A DNA stretch of 64,000 bases from Anaerolineales bacterium (lineage in GTDB: Bacteria; Chloroflexota; Anaerolineae; Anaerolineales; UBA11579). Position numbers and translations under genes: made by a program. Location of the stretch: contig CP075367.1 of assembly GCA_019454165.1 (NCBI GenBank), positions 579,971 to 643,970 on the forward strand, read 5' to 3'. The first letter of the stretch is position 1. Each line of letters starts with the position of its first letter. The notes under the pieces were generated by a model. The model was not told where the DNA came from. It made no database searches and saw nothing but the letters and a program-made list of their open reading frames with translations. Positions 1 to 10,500 of this stretch are shown piece after piece.

Positions 1-1
1 C

Positions 2-253
2 GCTACTTACAGCAAACGATTTGCAAATGAGCGCAGCCGCGCCAAGTTACAGCACATGGTGGACTACCTCATAGGCACGCCGATCACTTCTATTCCACAG
101 GCTGAAGAGGCAACTAAGCTGGGAAGCTTTACAACTGTGCAGCGCTATATCGAGAAGCTTGAGGTCCTGGGCATAGTCCAGGAAGTTACTGGCCAGGGAC
201 GAAACCGTATCTATCGGGCAAGTGAGATTTTGCGGGCGCTGGAAGAACGGTAA
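2..253 (+). CDS. Fic-family protein, C-terminal winged-helix fragment (5' end outside window)
   Basis: Frame 2 is open from the window edge to TAA 251-253. The tail LGIVQEVTGQGRNRIYRASEILRALE resembles the C-terminal wHTH (TG..RNR) of Fic/DOC-family proteins as I recall them. ORF-track entry 56-253 is only the part after an internal Met. Confidence 0.5.
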   Translation, partial: ATYSKRFANERSRAKLQHMVDYLIGTPITSIPQAEEATKLGSFTTVQRYIEKLEVLGIVQEVTGQGRNRIYRASEILRALEER

Positions 254-260
254 CTAGGTC

Positions 261-3200
261 TTATTGCTCAAAGCCTGAATTCTTGAACTTCAGCGTTTTT
301 GCATTCTCACTTACGGTTCTAACTACATCTTCAGAAAAGCCTTCTGGGCTCTCTGCGGAGATTTCCAAAGAAATCGTTATCTTGGAACCAACCAGCCCCG
401 CTAGATGAGACACAACCTCGTCAGCGATTTGACCCGCGGCGCGCCCAAGGCGTGTGGGGTCCAAGTCTATGGAGCCGTGGAAACGACGAAGGCTTTGCGG
501 CTTAGAGGGAGTAACAGCAGCTTCCGTACCCTCGCCCACAGCATGGCTTTCCCAGCCTTGCCCGCCTGTGTAGACGCTGTCACTGGGCGCCTCGTGGGCC
601 TCGCTTTGCCTTTGCGCCTTCACCGCTGCGGGTTTAATGATGACGCTTGCCCCGTCAAAAGCAACCGACGGCAAGGCGCCGGCGACCAAGCCGACATAGT
701 AGCCATCTGCTCTTACCGCAGAGGCATAACCAAAATAATCAGTCCAGGTGATTGAAGCTACGCCTTGGCGGATTGCTTCGGCGAGTACATTTTGATCACG
801 CAAGCGCGGCAGGTAAAGATACTGTGCCAGATATTCCCAAAGTTGTTTTACGGAAAGATGGTTCGCGTTTTTCCATAAGTAACGATCCAGCTCAATCAAT
901 AGGGTTGCTGCTGCCCAATCTTTGATTAAATCCTGGCTGTGGAGCAGCTTGGCAGACACCCGCTCCACCAGATGCTCTCCGCCTTGCAGACGGGTAAAGC
1001 TCCACTCATATTCCTTGTCCGAGGCGGATTTCTTCTCTTTGTGTCTGGGAAGCAGCGCGTGGCAATAGGTTTCCAGTATCTGCGCCTGCACGATTTCGGT
1101 GTAGTTCTTGCGTTTTGCTTCGACTTCATGCACTTGAGAGGTGGTCAGGTTGCGGTCGTCCCTCTCTGTGTAGATTTGCTCCCAGGCTTTCCAGAGACTT
1201 ACAGCCTGGCTCAATTCCTGATAGCGCTCGTTATCCGCGGCCAGGAAGATGAGCATGTTGCGGTATAGGCGCGGGCTGTTGTCTCGCTGAGTCAGGACAT
1301 CGTCGGCGAAGGCCACGGCTGGGCTGCCACCGTTGTCCTTGCGGTGCGGGTGCGCCGGCCCAATGATGACCAGGCGGCAACTGTCTTCGTCGGGCACATC
1401 GCCGCTGCCCTTGGGGTCGGCGTGTACGCCGGCGAATTCACCCCACTTACGCTTGGCGATGATATCGCGCAGGCGGCGGCTGACTTCGTCCTCAATTTCG
1501 TGCGGGCGTGTGCGAATGCGTTCGGCGATGTTGGCGGCCTCGCGGCCAATGGTTGGCCGGGTATCAAAGTAATACCGCCCGGATTCCTGATAAAGATAGG
1601 TTAGCTCTTCAGAAAGGCGACGCAACGCGTCGCCAAAAGCGCTGACATTCTCCCCGGGCTGAACACAACCCAGCTTGATGTTCAGTTCATCCAAGCCGCG
1701 CACATTCTGCTCAGTAACCGAAGGCGCGCCACCAAAAAAGACCGTGCGCGCTACGCGCCGAGAGGCCGAATAGCGGTTGAGATTGGGGTTATCACGATCC
1801 AACGCCAAGGGGCGGCTTTGCATGCCGTCGATGTCGCGGTCCAGCACGGCGCTCCAGCCAGTGGGCAGATAGTCTGAGAGCGTGGTGCGCACGGTGTTGT
1901 TGTCCAGCGGCACGAAACCAGGCATGATCAGCGCGCCGGCGTCGCCGCGATCCCAAAGCTCGTAGATGATGGCCGCCATGAGGCGCAACACGCCGCGGGT
2001 CTGTTGGAAGCGCTCAAGGGTAGACCAGTCCAAATAGAGCCGGTCAAAGAATTCCGGATGGATTGGGTATGAATTCTTCATCCGTTCCAGATAATCTCCC
2101 TGGCGGGTTTCTGCCGGAAAATCTGCGCGGTTGGCAGCGTACATGTCGCTGAATTCGCGGCAGACTGCATCTCGCGCCGCCAGGTCTTTGATGGGCTCAA
2201 ACAGGCGGCGGCGTACGATTTCAAAGCGCTCGTCACCGCTGGCGGGCTGCCAGGCGACGGCTACACGGACAAAAACGTTTTCGATGTGCTCCAACGCCTT
2301 TTCACCAAAGGGGCCGCCTTTTTCGTGGTCAGAAGCGGGCAGCGAGGCCACCAGCATGCAGTTGGGCACGGTCTTGACGGCCTCGGTGAGGGCTTGCACA
2401 AAGGTGATGTTGGCTTCAAAGGTGCCTGCCGGCAGGTTTTCCTTGCCATAGATTTGGCGGGCAAAACCGACCCACTCATCGATCAAAATTAATGCAGGGC
2501 TGTAGGTCTTGAGCAGCTCGGTGAGCTTTTCCGAGCCAGGGCTGACCCCATCGGCATCTTCTTTGGCGATTAATGCAAAGGCTTCTTTGGCCTTGCCAGC
2601 CGCGGCGCCCAATTGCCAGGCAAGCTCACCCCACAGGGTATTGACCTGGGCGCCGTCTGCCTTTGTGCTGCCGCTGGGGCTGATTTGGGTGCCCACCAGC
2701 ACGACGCGGTTGGCGGCGGGGATGACTGCTTTATCAGCAGCAACGTCCTGGGGAACAATTTTCTCAATATCGGGCACTTGGTTTGGCTGCAATTGCCCGC
2801 CGAACAAGTGATACAGGGCCAGCATGGAGTGGGTCTTGCCGCCGCCGAAGTTGGTCTTGAGCTGCACCACCGGGTCGCCGCCCAGCTGGCCCAGGCGAGA
2901 CCAGGCGCGTTTGAGCAGGGCCGAGAGGCCCTCGGTGAAGTAGGTGCGGTTGAAGAATTCAGCCGGGTCCAGGTATTCTTTTTCTGCCCGGCCAGTGATG
3001 ACCTGGAACAAGTCAGCGGCGAATTCGGCCTGCTGGTAGCGGCCGGCGGCCACGTCTGGGTGCGGAGTGGCGATTTGACGCCAGGGGGTCAGCGCGGTTT
3101 TGCCGCCCAGGTTGGTGGCATCCACCATTTGCTTCTTGCGCTTTTTGGACTCTTCTTCCAGGCTGCGGCGCAGGAGTGCATCGTGCAGCTGCTTGACTTC

Positions 3201-3614
3201 ATCGGCGCCGGTGTTGGCGGTCACTTGCAGCAGGCGCACAATTGTATCCAGGGCGCGCAGCGTGTCTTCTGTGGAGAAGGCGCTTTGGTGCGCCCAACTG
3301 TTGCGGATGTCGTTGATTTCATGCACATAGCTGCGCGTCACCCCGCCCAGCTGGTTGTTAAACACGGTGGGCCAGTTGGTAAGAAAGAGGGTGATGACAA
3401 ACTGCACGTCTGCGCCTTTGCGCACGCGCTCTTCATAGCTGCCCTTGGCTTCTTTGACGCGCAGGCCCTTGGTATCTCGGAAGCAGGGCTCCACGCCTTT
3501 TTGCCACCACTGGTCTTTGTAGGCAGTCTGAAGCTCCTGAATTAGGTAGGGGAGTTCGTTTTCCAGCAGGATGTCCAGCGCCTGCCCAATGAGGTCTTTG
3601 TTGCTCTTCGCCAT
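261..3614 (-). CDS. Swt1-like HEPN domain fused to DUF499-type P-loop ATPase (BrxC/PglY-like large ATPase)
   Basis: ATG at 3614 with AGGAGG 4 nt upstream, overlapping the TAG of the upstream gene. N-terminal HEINDIRNSWAHQ carries the HEPN Rx4H motif. LKTNFGGGKTHSMLALYHLF is the DUF499 Walker A region. The 34 extra codons up to 3716 overlap the upstream gene and were dropped. Confidence 0.8.
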   Translation of the reverse strand: MAKSNKDLIGQALDILLENELPYLIQELQTAYKDQWWQKGVEPCFRDTKGLRVKEAKGSYEERVRKGADVQFVITLFLTNWPTVFNNQLGGVTRSYVHEINDIRNSWAHQSAFSTEDTLRALDTIVRLLQVTANTGADEVKQLHDALLRRSLEEESKKRKKQMVDATNLGGKTALTPWRQIATPHPDVAAGRYQQAEFAADLFQVITGRAEKEYLDPAEFFNRTYFTEGLSALLKRAWSRLGQLGGDPVVQLKTNFGGGKTHSMLALYHLFGGQLQPNQVPDIEKIVPQDVAADKAVIPAANRVVLVGTQISPSGSTKADGAQVNTLWGELAWQLGAAAGKAKEAFALIAKEDADGVSPGSEKLTELLKTYSPALILIDEWVGFARQIYGKENLPAGTFEANITFVQALTEAVKTVPNCMLVASLPASDHEKGGPFGEKALEHIENVFVRVAVAWQPASGDERFEIVRRRLFEPIKDLAARDAVCREFSDMYAANRADFPAETRQGDYLERMKNSYPIHPEFFDRLYLDWSTLERFQQTRGVLRLMAAIIYELWDRGDAGALIMPGFVPLDNNTVRTTLSDYLPTGWSAVLDRDIDGMQSRPLALDRDNPNLNRYSASRRVARTVFFGGAPSVTEQNVRGLDELNIKLGCVQPGENVSAFGDALRRLSEELTYLYQESGRYYFDTRPTIGREAANIAERIRTRPHEIEDEVSRRLRDIIAKRKWGEFAGVHADPKGSGDVPDEDSCRLVIIGPAHPHRKDNGGSPAVAFADDVLTQRDNSPRLYRNMLIFLAADNERYQELSQAVSLWKAWEQIYTERDDRNLTTSQVHEVEAKRKNYTEIVQAQILETYCHALLPRHKEKKSASDKEYEWSFTRLQGGEHLVERVSAKLLHSQDLIKDWAAATLLIELDRYLWKNANHLSVKQLWEYLAQYLYLPRLRDQNVLAEAIRQGVASITWTDYFGYASAVRADGYYVGLVAGALPSVAFDGASVIIKPAAVKAQRQSEAHEAPSDSVYTGGQGWESHAVGEGTEAAVTPSKPQSLRRFHGSIDLDPTRLGRAAGQIADEVVSHLAGLVGSKITISLEISAESPEGFSEDVVRTVSENAKTLKFKNSGFEQ

Positions 3615-3622
3615 CTCTCCTC

Positions 3623-6511
3623 CTAAAACAGGGCGGGCGTTTGCTTGGCGGCCATCTCTTTGAGCCGTGGCCAGGCGGCCACCAGCATGTTGTACCCCAG
3701 CGCCTCGCCCGCCCAACTCTTGCGCTCACAAATGGAGTACAGGCGATAGGCCAGGTCTTTGCCCGGCTCGGCCAGGGCGCCCAGCCCGGTCAGCAGGGCG
3801 GCAGCGGCCGCCTCGCCGTCGGTCTCCAGCGCGCGGATGAGGTAGTGGCAAGCCTCCCAGACCGAGAGCTGCTTGTCGCTGTGCGGGGTCCAATCCGCAT
3901 CCAATTCTTCACGCGGCAGCAGGCGCACCTTGCCAGCACGAGACTGGAGGATACCGGAGTGTGCCAGCCCCTCGATACTAGTGTTTTTGGCTTTGCTCAG
4001 CGTTTCGGCCACGCCGAATTCCGCGGCGTTGTGGCCAAACTGCTCGAACCAGGTTAGCGCCCAGCGCGTCTCGGCGTCAAAATCGCCTTCCTGTTCGGCC
4101 AAGTATTGATCCAGAACCTGGTTAATTAAACCCAAAGCCGTGCGCACGCTCATTTTTGAGCCGTCAGATTCCAGCACAGCGTTGTAGCGGCTAAAGATTG
4201 CCATTCCGGGGCCGATGGCAGCCTGGGCAAAGTCAACCGGAGCGACGTTGCCAAATCTAAGCTCCTGCAATGCTTTTGGCAAAACCTGTTCAAGAAGGAT
4301 AAGGAAATCTCGTCTGACAATGGTGTCGCGCTCATCAGTTTTTGGTCTGCAAACCAAGACAATTGATGAGGCTAATATGTTTGCCCCACCAATTTGAAGC
4401 GCTTTGCTCGCTAATTCCGTGCGCATTGGCCAGGTTCCTGTAATCTCAAACTGTGCATCCAGAAGACCCTGAAGCATTGTTTCCCAGCCGGTTGATGCGG
4501 TCACTGTTTCAGATCTGCTTTCAGTGGTGCTGTCCACTGATTCCGTTTGTTTAAACGCATAAAAGACTGATGTTGGGACAAGAAGCGAGCTGGCCTTAGA
4601 CATGCTCTTAAATGTTTCAAAAAGACCAACTTCAAAGAATTCCTTTGCCCTTTCTCGATTTCCATTAAATCGATAAGGCGTAGCAACGAGTTCCTCGCTC
4701 TTTGGAACCATCAAAGTAGTCAATAAAGAACTAAAACTTGAGTGGAGCATCTGCCTAAGCCATATATAAAAGAAATCTGATAGGTCTGCATATCCAATAT
4801 TGTCGTAGTATGGTGGATCAGTTGCTAGTACAAGCTTGTTACCGTTCGATAACTTTCGAGCATCTCGCTGCTCAGAGAAACCGGGGACACCAATGGGGAG
4901 GCCGTCAATAACACGAAGAATCCAATTGACTGCGCCTGCATAGCTACCCATTGTTTCAAACGGATTTACTTCACAAAAATCCCAAACCATAGGCAGTGCA
5001 TGTCTAGCAAAAGTCCCTCTCAAACTTTCAGAACCTACATCCCAGCTAGCCAATGATGAGTTCCTGTCAAGGAGTTTGCTAGCCGCAAACGCCAAATACA
5101 CGGCCACCGCATCCGCATACGCTTGGGCGCCGCTGCCGCCGGCCTCCAGGCCCAGGCCGTCGTCTTTGAGGCCGGCCTGGCGGGCGTGTTGCAGCGCCAG
5201 GCTGCGGGCCTCGCCCACCAGGTCGCTGAAGGTGGTGAGGGCCACTAGTTGGCGATCGGTGAAGAGGTCTGCGTGCTTTGTCATTCCGTATAGCTGGACA
5301 CGGAAGCCAAGGGCCTTTTCAGGCAGGTCCGTTTCTGGTTTCCACGCGGGTACAGCGCTTTTAGCAACGTCTTCATGTTCTTGAAGTGGCGAGAAATACA
5401 CACGTCCCTTAGGCCCATCTGCGACTGCCGCCAACAACTGAGCGTTCATTCGCCCCGCTTTGCCTTCGTCTCTAATGTGATCAAAGGGTACTGGGCTGCC
5501 ACAAGCTACGCATGATGCACCAGTGCGTTCAACGGTTCCCTTCGGGGCCTTGCCTTGCCCGGTTTTTACAATAAAACGAACTCGCTCCCCTTTAGAGCCT
5601 TTAGTTGGCTCTATTTCTACCCATGCTTGTCTGTCCTTCTTTTTGCTTAGCTCAAAAGAGCGCACCAAGGGCATTTGCACACCGCAAGCTGGATTGGGGC
5701 ACTTCACCGTGCGCGCCCACAGCCAGGCAATTACGGTCAGCTCTTCGCCAGCTTTGATGCCCTGCTCTTTTAAATCGGGTCGCTCAGCCAGTATGGCGGC
5801 CGATATCTTTACCTTGGGGTAAAGCTGGCCAATGCGCTCTTCTGCCTGTTGGCGCATCCAGTTGCCGTAATAGCGCACATCTTCGGCCAAACCCTGGGCG
5901 CCTTTCCACTCTCGGCCCTTGAACATGTCAGATTGGTCGCCTTGCCCAGCTTCTTCCACCGGATGCACTGGGGGCAGGTTAGCGAACTTGGGCGGGATTT
6001 CAATCAGAGCCTTGTTGATGAGCACTGCCACCGGGTTCAAGTCGCTGGCGTAGGCGCGCAGGCCCAGGCGTTGGGCTTCCAGCGGGATGGAGCCGCCGCC
6101 GGCAAAGGGGTCCAGCACGGGTGGGGCCTGGGTGGCCAGGAATTCTTCGATGGCGTGTTTGCCCACCGGCATTTCCAGGCCCAGGTTACGGGCCACACTG
6201 CGGGCAATTTCCAGCTTGGCCGCATCCAGCACTTCTTCGTTGTTGCTGTTCTCCCATTTGACCAGTTCCTCAATCAAGTTGAACAGGCGCTGGCGTTCGG
6301 CTTTCTGTTTCTCCTCATCCTGTATGTACTCACTGGGATCGTCCACCAGGGAAGAGAAGAGCACCGCCCGGCAGGCGGCCAGCGGTCGTCGCGCCCACCA
6401 CAGATGCAAGGTGCTTGGGTGCCCATGGCGGATGGACTTCTCTCGCGCGGCCTCTTTGTTGATTGCCTCAAGTGGCAGGGCGACTTCGATGAGCTTTTTA
6501 GGGTAGGTCAC
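3623..6511 (-). CDS. DUF1156-type DNA methyltransferase (DPPY, probable N6-adenine/N4-cytosine class)
   Basis: N-terminus KKLIEVALPLEAINKEAAREKSIRHGHPSTLHLWWARRPLAACRAV is the DUF1156 signature. It also has a SAM-pocket-like DPFAGGGSIPLEAQRLG and catalytic motif IV LATDPPYYDNIGY. It abuts both neighbouring genes. Confidence 0.85.
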   Translation of the reverse strand: MTYPKKLIEVALPLEAINKEAAREKSIRHGHPSTLHLWWARRPLAACRAVLFSSLVDDPSEYIQDEEKQKAERQRLFNLIEELVKWENSNNEEVLDAAKLEIARSVARNLGLEMPVGKHAIEEFLATQAPPVLDPFAGGGSIPLEAQRLGLRAYASDLNPVAVLINKALIEIPPKFANLPPVHPVEEAGQGDQSDMFKGREWKGAQGLAEDVRYYGNWMRQQAEERIGQLYPKVKISAAILAERPDLKEQGIKAGEELTVIAWLWARTVKCPNPACGVQMPLVRSFELSKKKDRQAWVEIEPTKGSKGERVRFIVKTGQGKAPKGTVERTGASCVACGSPVPFDHIRDEGKAGRMNAQLLAAVADGPKGRVYFSPLQEHEDVAKSAVPAWKPETDLPEKALGFRVQLYGMTKHADLFTDRQLVALTTFSDLVGEARSLALQHARQAGLKDDGLGLEAGGSGAQAYADAVAVYLAFAASKLLDRNSSLASWDVGSESLRGTFARHALPMVWDFCEVNPFETMGSYAGAVNWILRVIDGLPIGVPGFSEQRDARKLSNGNKLVLATDPPYYDNIGYADLSDFFYIWLRQMLHSSFSSLLTTLMVPKSEELVATPYRFNGNRERAKEFFEVGLFETFKSMSKASSLLVPTSVFYAFKQTESVDSTTESRSETVTASTGWETMLQGLLDAQFEITGTWPMRTELASKALQIGGANILASSIVLVCRPKTDERDTIVRRDFLILLEQVLPKALQELRFGNVAPVDFAQAAIGPGMAIFSRYNAVLESDGSKMSVRTALGLINQVLDQYLAEQEGDFDAETRWALTWFEQFGHNAAEFGVAETLSKAKNTSIEGLAHSGILQSRAGKVRLLPREELDADWTPHSDKQLSVWEACHYLIRALETDGEAAAAALLTGLGALAEPGKDLAYRLYSICERKSWAGEALGYNMLVAAWPRLKEMAAKQTPALF

Positions 6512-7528
6512 TTAGAAATGCATCTCCCGGGATGTGGTTGCCTTTAAATCAGCGCTTCCGAGTGGATGGGTTGTTGAATCAAAGAAGCTGACATTGGCAT
6601 GCGGAAAGAGACCGCAATAATACGCTTTTTTGTTCAGAGTGTCTTCGTTACTTCGCGGAAAAATAGAAACGGCCAAAGTCGGATTACCCCAGCTACAAAT
6701 CGCATCAATGATATGTTTGTCGCTTTCACTTAGTGATTGGCCAAAAATGACAAGAGATTTATTGAATTGGGAAAACTTCTGATGGGCAAAAGTCAGATAA
6801 TCAGATGAAGCAATAGTCTCGATTTTTTGCTGAGCGTTTCCTTCGGAAACAAACAGCGGCTCGGCGCCATTGAAGGGTCGCCCAAACAACTCAAGAAGTG
6901 TATATCCTCCTTCGTTCCGACGTTTTAGTGTCCCGCCCAGACGGGTTCGATACAAGTGTAGTCCCCCATGGAGATACAGGACTGCTTTTAAGCCATCAGG
7001 CGCCGAAGCCCTGAGCGAATCAAATCGTTGCTCTCTAAAAAAATCTGTAAAACCTTCGCCTTCTTGTTGCATGATCGACCAGTATGTAAGCAGGTCATAA
7101 TTAGTTGAAAAAATATCGTTATATTCGAACAAGGCAGCCCGGATGGCCTCAAAAATTTCTTGCCAGACCCTATCCCACGGTATGTGCACGGAATGGACTG
7201 CCTGAATGAGCGCCTGTTTTATTCTGTCGTAGCTGGCGGATAACGAAGCCTGTTCTATGTGATGAATCATGTTCACCTGCTGGGCAATTGAGAGCAAGTG
7301 CAGAACCTGTTCAAAGTTGTTGTAGGAGTTAAAACTCTCGAAAAGTTTTATGTCATCTTCGTTCAGTGGATCTTTGATAAGTTCAGAACGTGCTCGCTCG
7401 AATATTGAGGAGTAACTAAATCTATCTGAAACGGCAATGCTTGCTCCGTTTCCGATAAGGATGCCCTCCCAGCCGTTGCCTGCTATCTCTTCCCACGTCA
7501 CTAGGCGATCGTCAATTACGCAATTCAT
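6512..7528 (-). CDS. DUF4917 / SIR2-like (SIR2_2-type) protein
   Basis: Ordered motifs ILIGNGASIAVS, IFSTNYDLLTYW, VLYLHGGLHLY and PLFVSEGNAQQK fit my memory of DUF4917 and of SIR2_2 (GxGxS ... NYD ... LHG). ATG 7528 lies 17 nt inside the helicase 3' end, and the stop abuts the methylase ATG. Low GC: line 7081-7140 hand-counts to 21/60. Confidence 0.7.
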   Translation of the reverse strand: MNCVIDDRLVTWEEIAGNGWEGILIGNGASIAVSDRFSYSSIFERARSELIKDPLNEDDIKLFESFNSYNNFEQVLHLLSIAQQVNMIHHIEQASLSASYDRIKQALIQAVHSVHIPWDRVWQEIFEAIRAALFEYNDIFSTNYDLLTYWSIMQQEGEGFTDFFREQRFDSLRASAPDGLKAVLYLHGGLHLYRTRLGGTLKRRNEGGYTLLELFGRPFNGAEPLFVSEGNAQQKIETIASSDYLTFAHQKFSQFNKSLVIFGQSLSESDKHIIDAICSWGNPTLAVSIFPRSNEDTLNKKAYYCGLFPHANVSFFDSTTHPLGSADLKATTSREMHF

Positions 7529-10500
7529 TTTTTGCCCCCAGACTAACTAAACTCTGAATCTTATAATTCACGCTGGTAGCAGCGAAATCCGGCTCGCGTT
7601 CAAAGGGTGGGCGGAAGTACAGTCGCTCGCGCAGCACCGGCTGGTCGGCTACAAAATCAACTTTGACCACGGCCAGGATGTATTTCTCCGGCTGGTTGAG
7701 ACCGGCCAGGATTTCGTTTCGGGTCAGGGTGACGGTGGTGGCCGCAGCAATACGGCCCTTCACCTCAATGAAGCGCAGGCGGCCTTGGCCATTGCGGCTT
7801 TCAATGTCCCAACCCAGGTTTTGGGCGCTCACGTCTATGGGTTCGTGGCCCAGGCTGCGCTCATAATCCATCACGGCCTGCATGGCGGCCTGCTCCACGG
7901 CGCGGCGCTGAACGCCAAACAGCTCGTCGCCGCTTTCTTCCGCTTCCTGTGCAAGCCCGAGTGTATCCAGCAGGCCGCGCGGCACCACCAGCGCGCCGCC
8001 CAGCAGCCGCGGCTTCTGGGCCACTAGTTGGCGCTCCTGCTCCAGCTCTTCCATGCGCCGCTCCAGCCGGGCCTGCAGGTCGTTGGCGCGGCGGCGGGCC
8101 TGCTCAGAATTCAGCTTGGCATTTCGTTTGCCAGCCTGTTCCTGGGCCTTCAGGTCTTCAGCCCGGCGGTCCCAGAACTGAATTTCTTTGGTCAGGCGCT
8201 CTTTGACCGCCGCGGCTGTCTTGCGCACCATTTCTTGGCGGCGGGCGGAAGTCTCCTCAAAATGGGATGGCACCATGCTGGCTACCGCATACTCAATCGC
8301 CCGCTCTTCAAAGTTGTTCTGCAGCCAGTCTTTGGAAAGCTGGCTACGAACCGCATCGAGCCACTCGGACGGGATGGGTTGGTAATCCAGAAAAGGCGCT
8401 GCCCCTGCGGCGCGGGCCGCGCCAGCCGCATCCATCTCCACAAACTGCATCTGGCGCGAAATCACGCGGCGCTCCCCGTTGGAGTCCGGGCGTCCATCCT
8501 GGATGCTGTGCTCAAGGTAAAACAAGGCGCGCGGGCCCTCACTGGGGTCGTTGGGGTCTAACAGCAGCGCGCCGCGCTTGAGCAAGTCTCCGTAACGCTC
8601 CAGAAGAATATCCTGCACAGCTTCTACCAAAGCATGGCCGGGGGTGAGGAACTCGGCGGTGGGCTTGCCGGCAATATCTATATCTTCTTTGTGGAAGGTG
8701 GCGCGCTCGTAGCGCTCCAGCACTTGGCCGCGGCCCAGCAGGCGGGCGCGCTCGCGCACGGCCCCGGGTACATGCGTGATTTCATAGCGGCGCGGTTCGC
8801 GCGGGTGCATCGAGCCACCCAGGATTTCAAAGGCGGCGGCGAAGAAGGAGGCCACGAAGTGAGGCTGCAGCCGCTTGGCGGCAGCCCGCTCAAAATCTTC
8901 GCGAATGTTCTGGATGCGGGTGGTGTCCAGCACATCGCCGGCCAGCAGTTGGTCTTCCAGCAGGGCGCGCACCTTGTTTTGGTCAGTGATGTTGTCCACG
9001 GCTTCAAACAGGCGGGCGCGCACATCCTCTCTGTCTCCGTAGCGCACAGCCTGCACCAACAGCTCGCGCAAACTCTGCTCGCGGAACAATTCCCCCAAGA
9101 CGTCGAAGACAGCGTCGTCGTTTAGCGCCCGGCGCTGCTCTTCGATCTTCTCGAGCAGGCGGGAATATACATAGCCCTCACGGGTTTCGTTGGCCACCAG
9201 GTTCCACAGGTGGCAAACTTCTCGCTGACCAATGCGGTGGATACGGCCAAAGCGTTGCTCCAGGCGGGTAGGGTTCCAGGGCAGATCATAGTTCACCATC
9301 AGGTGAGCGCGCTGCAAATTGATACCCTCACCGGCAGCGTCAGTAGCCACCAGGATGGAGACATCCTTGTCCTGCACAAAGGCGGACTGTACGCGGCGGC
9401 GCTCGTCGCGCAGCATGCCGCCGTGGATAGCGACCACCGCCTCGGGCTTGCCGAGCAGAGTGCGGATGCGGTCGACCAGGTAGTTCAGTGTATCGCGGTG
9501 TTCGGTGAAGATCACCAGCTTGCGCCGCAGCCCAGAGCTATCAAAAAGCTCGTTCTGTTCCTGCAGCAATCGGGAGAGCTCAGCCCATTTGCGGTCATCC
9601 TTGCTGCGGCGCACTTTGTCCGCCATGTTTTCCAGGTCTTTGAGGATGAAAATTTCGGCTTGCAATTCGTCAATGGTGCGAGCTGAAGTGGCCATATCGC
9701 TTACTTCAGTTTCCAGTGCTTCCAATTCCTCGTCGGGAATTTCATCGATGTTTTCGAGTTCCTCGGTGTCTAGATTCACCCAATCTGCTAGTCCGGCGCG
9801 CGCCTGTGCGCCACGCTGGAGCAACGTTTCCTCTCTCAGCTTATCTTCCAAGCGCTGGCGACGACGTTGCAACGACTGGTAAATGGCCTCAGGGCTGGAG
9901 GCCAGGCGGCGCTGCAGGATCATCAAGGCAAAGCCAACTGTGCCGCGCTTCTCCTTGTCCAACTGCTCGGCCCGATTGAACTCTTCTCGGACGTAATTGG
10001 TCACCTGTTCGTAGAGGATCGCCTCCAGATCGGAGAGCTTGTAGTTGACTGTGTACGCCCGCCGCTCCGGGAACAGCCGCGTGCCATCAAAGCGCAGCAG
10101 CTTTTCCTTCACCATCCGGCGCATCAAATCCTGCGCGTCTACTGAATGGTGGCCTTCACGATACTTTCCTTCGAATCTGTCCGGGTCAAGCAGGGCCATA
10201 AAAAGTTGAAAATCTTCCTCTTTACCGTTATGAGGAGTCGCTGTCATGAGTAACAGGTGACGAGTTTGCTGTGAGAGCGCCTGCCCAAGCCTGTAGCGCT
10301 TAGTGTAGGAAATCTCCCCAGCGAACACAGAGGCGGAAAGCTTGTGCGCCTCGTCAAATATCACTAAGTCCCACTCGGCCCGCTTAAGCATCTCTTCATA
10401 GTCTGCGTTACGGCTAAGCCAGTCCAGGCGGGCAATGCCCAGGGGAACGTCTGTGAAGACATTGCCATCTCGAGCTGCCTCAAAACGTGCGTTAGTGAAG

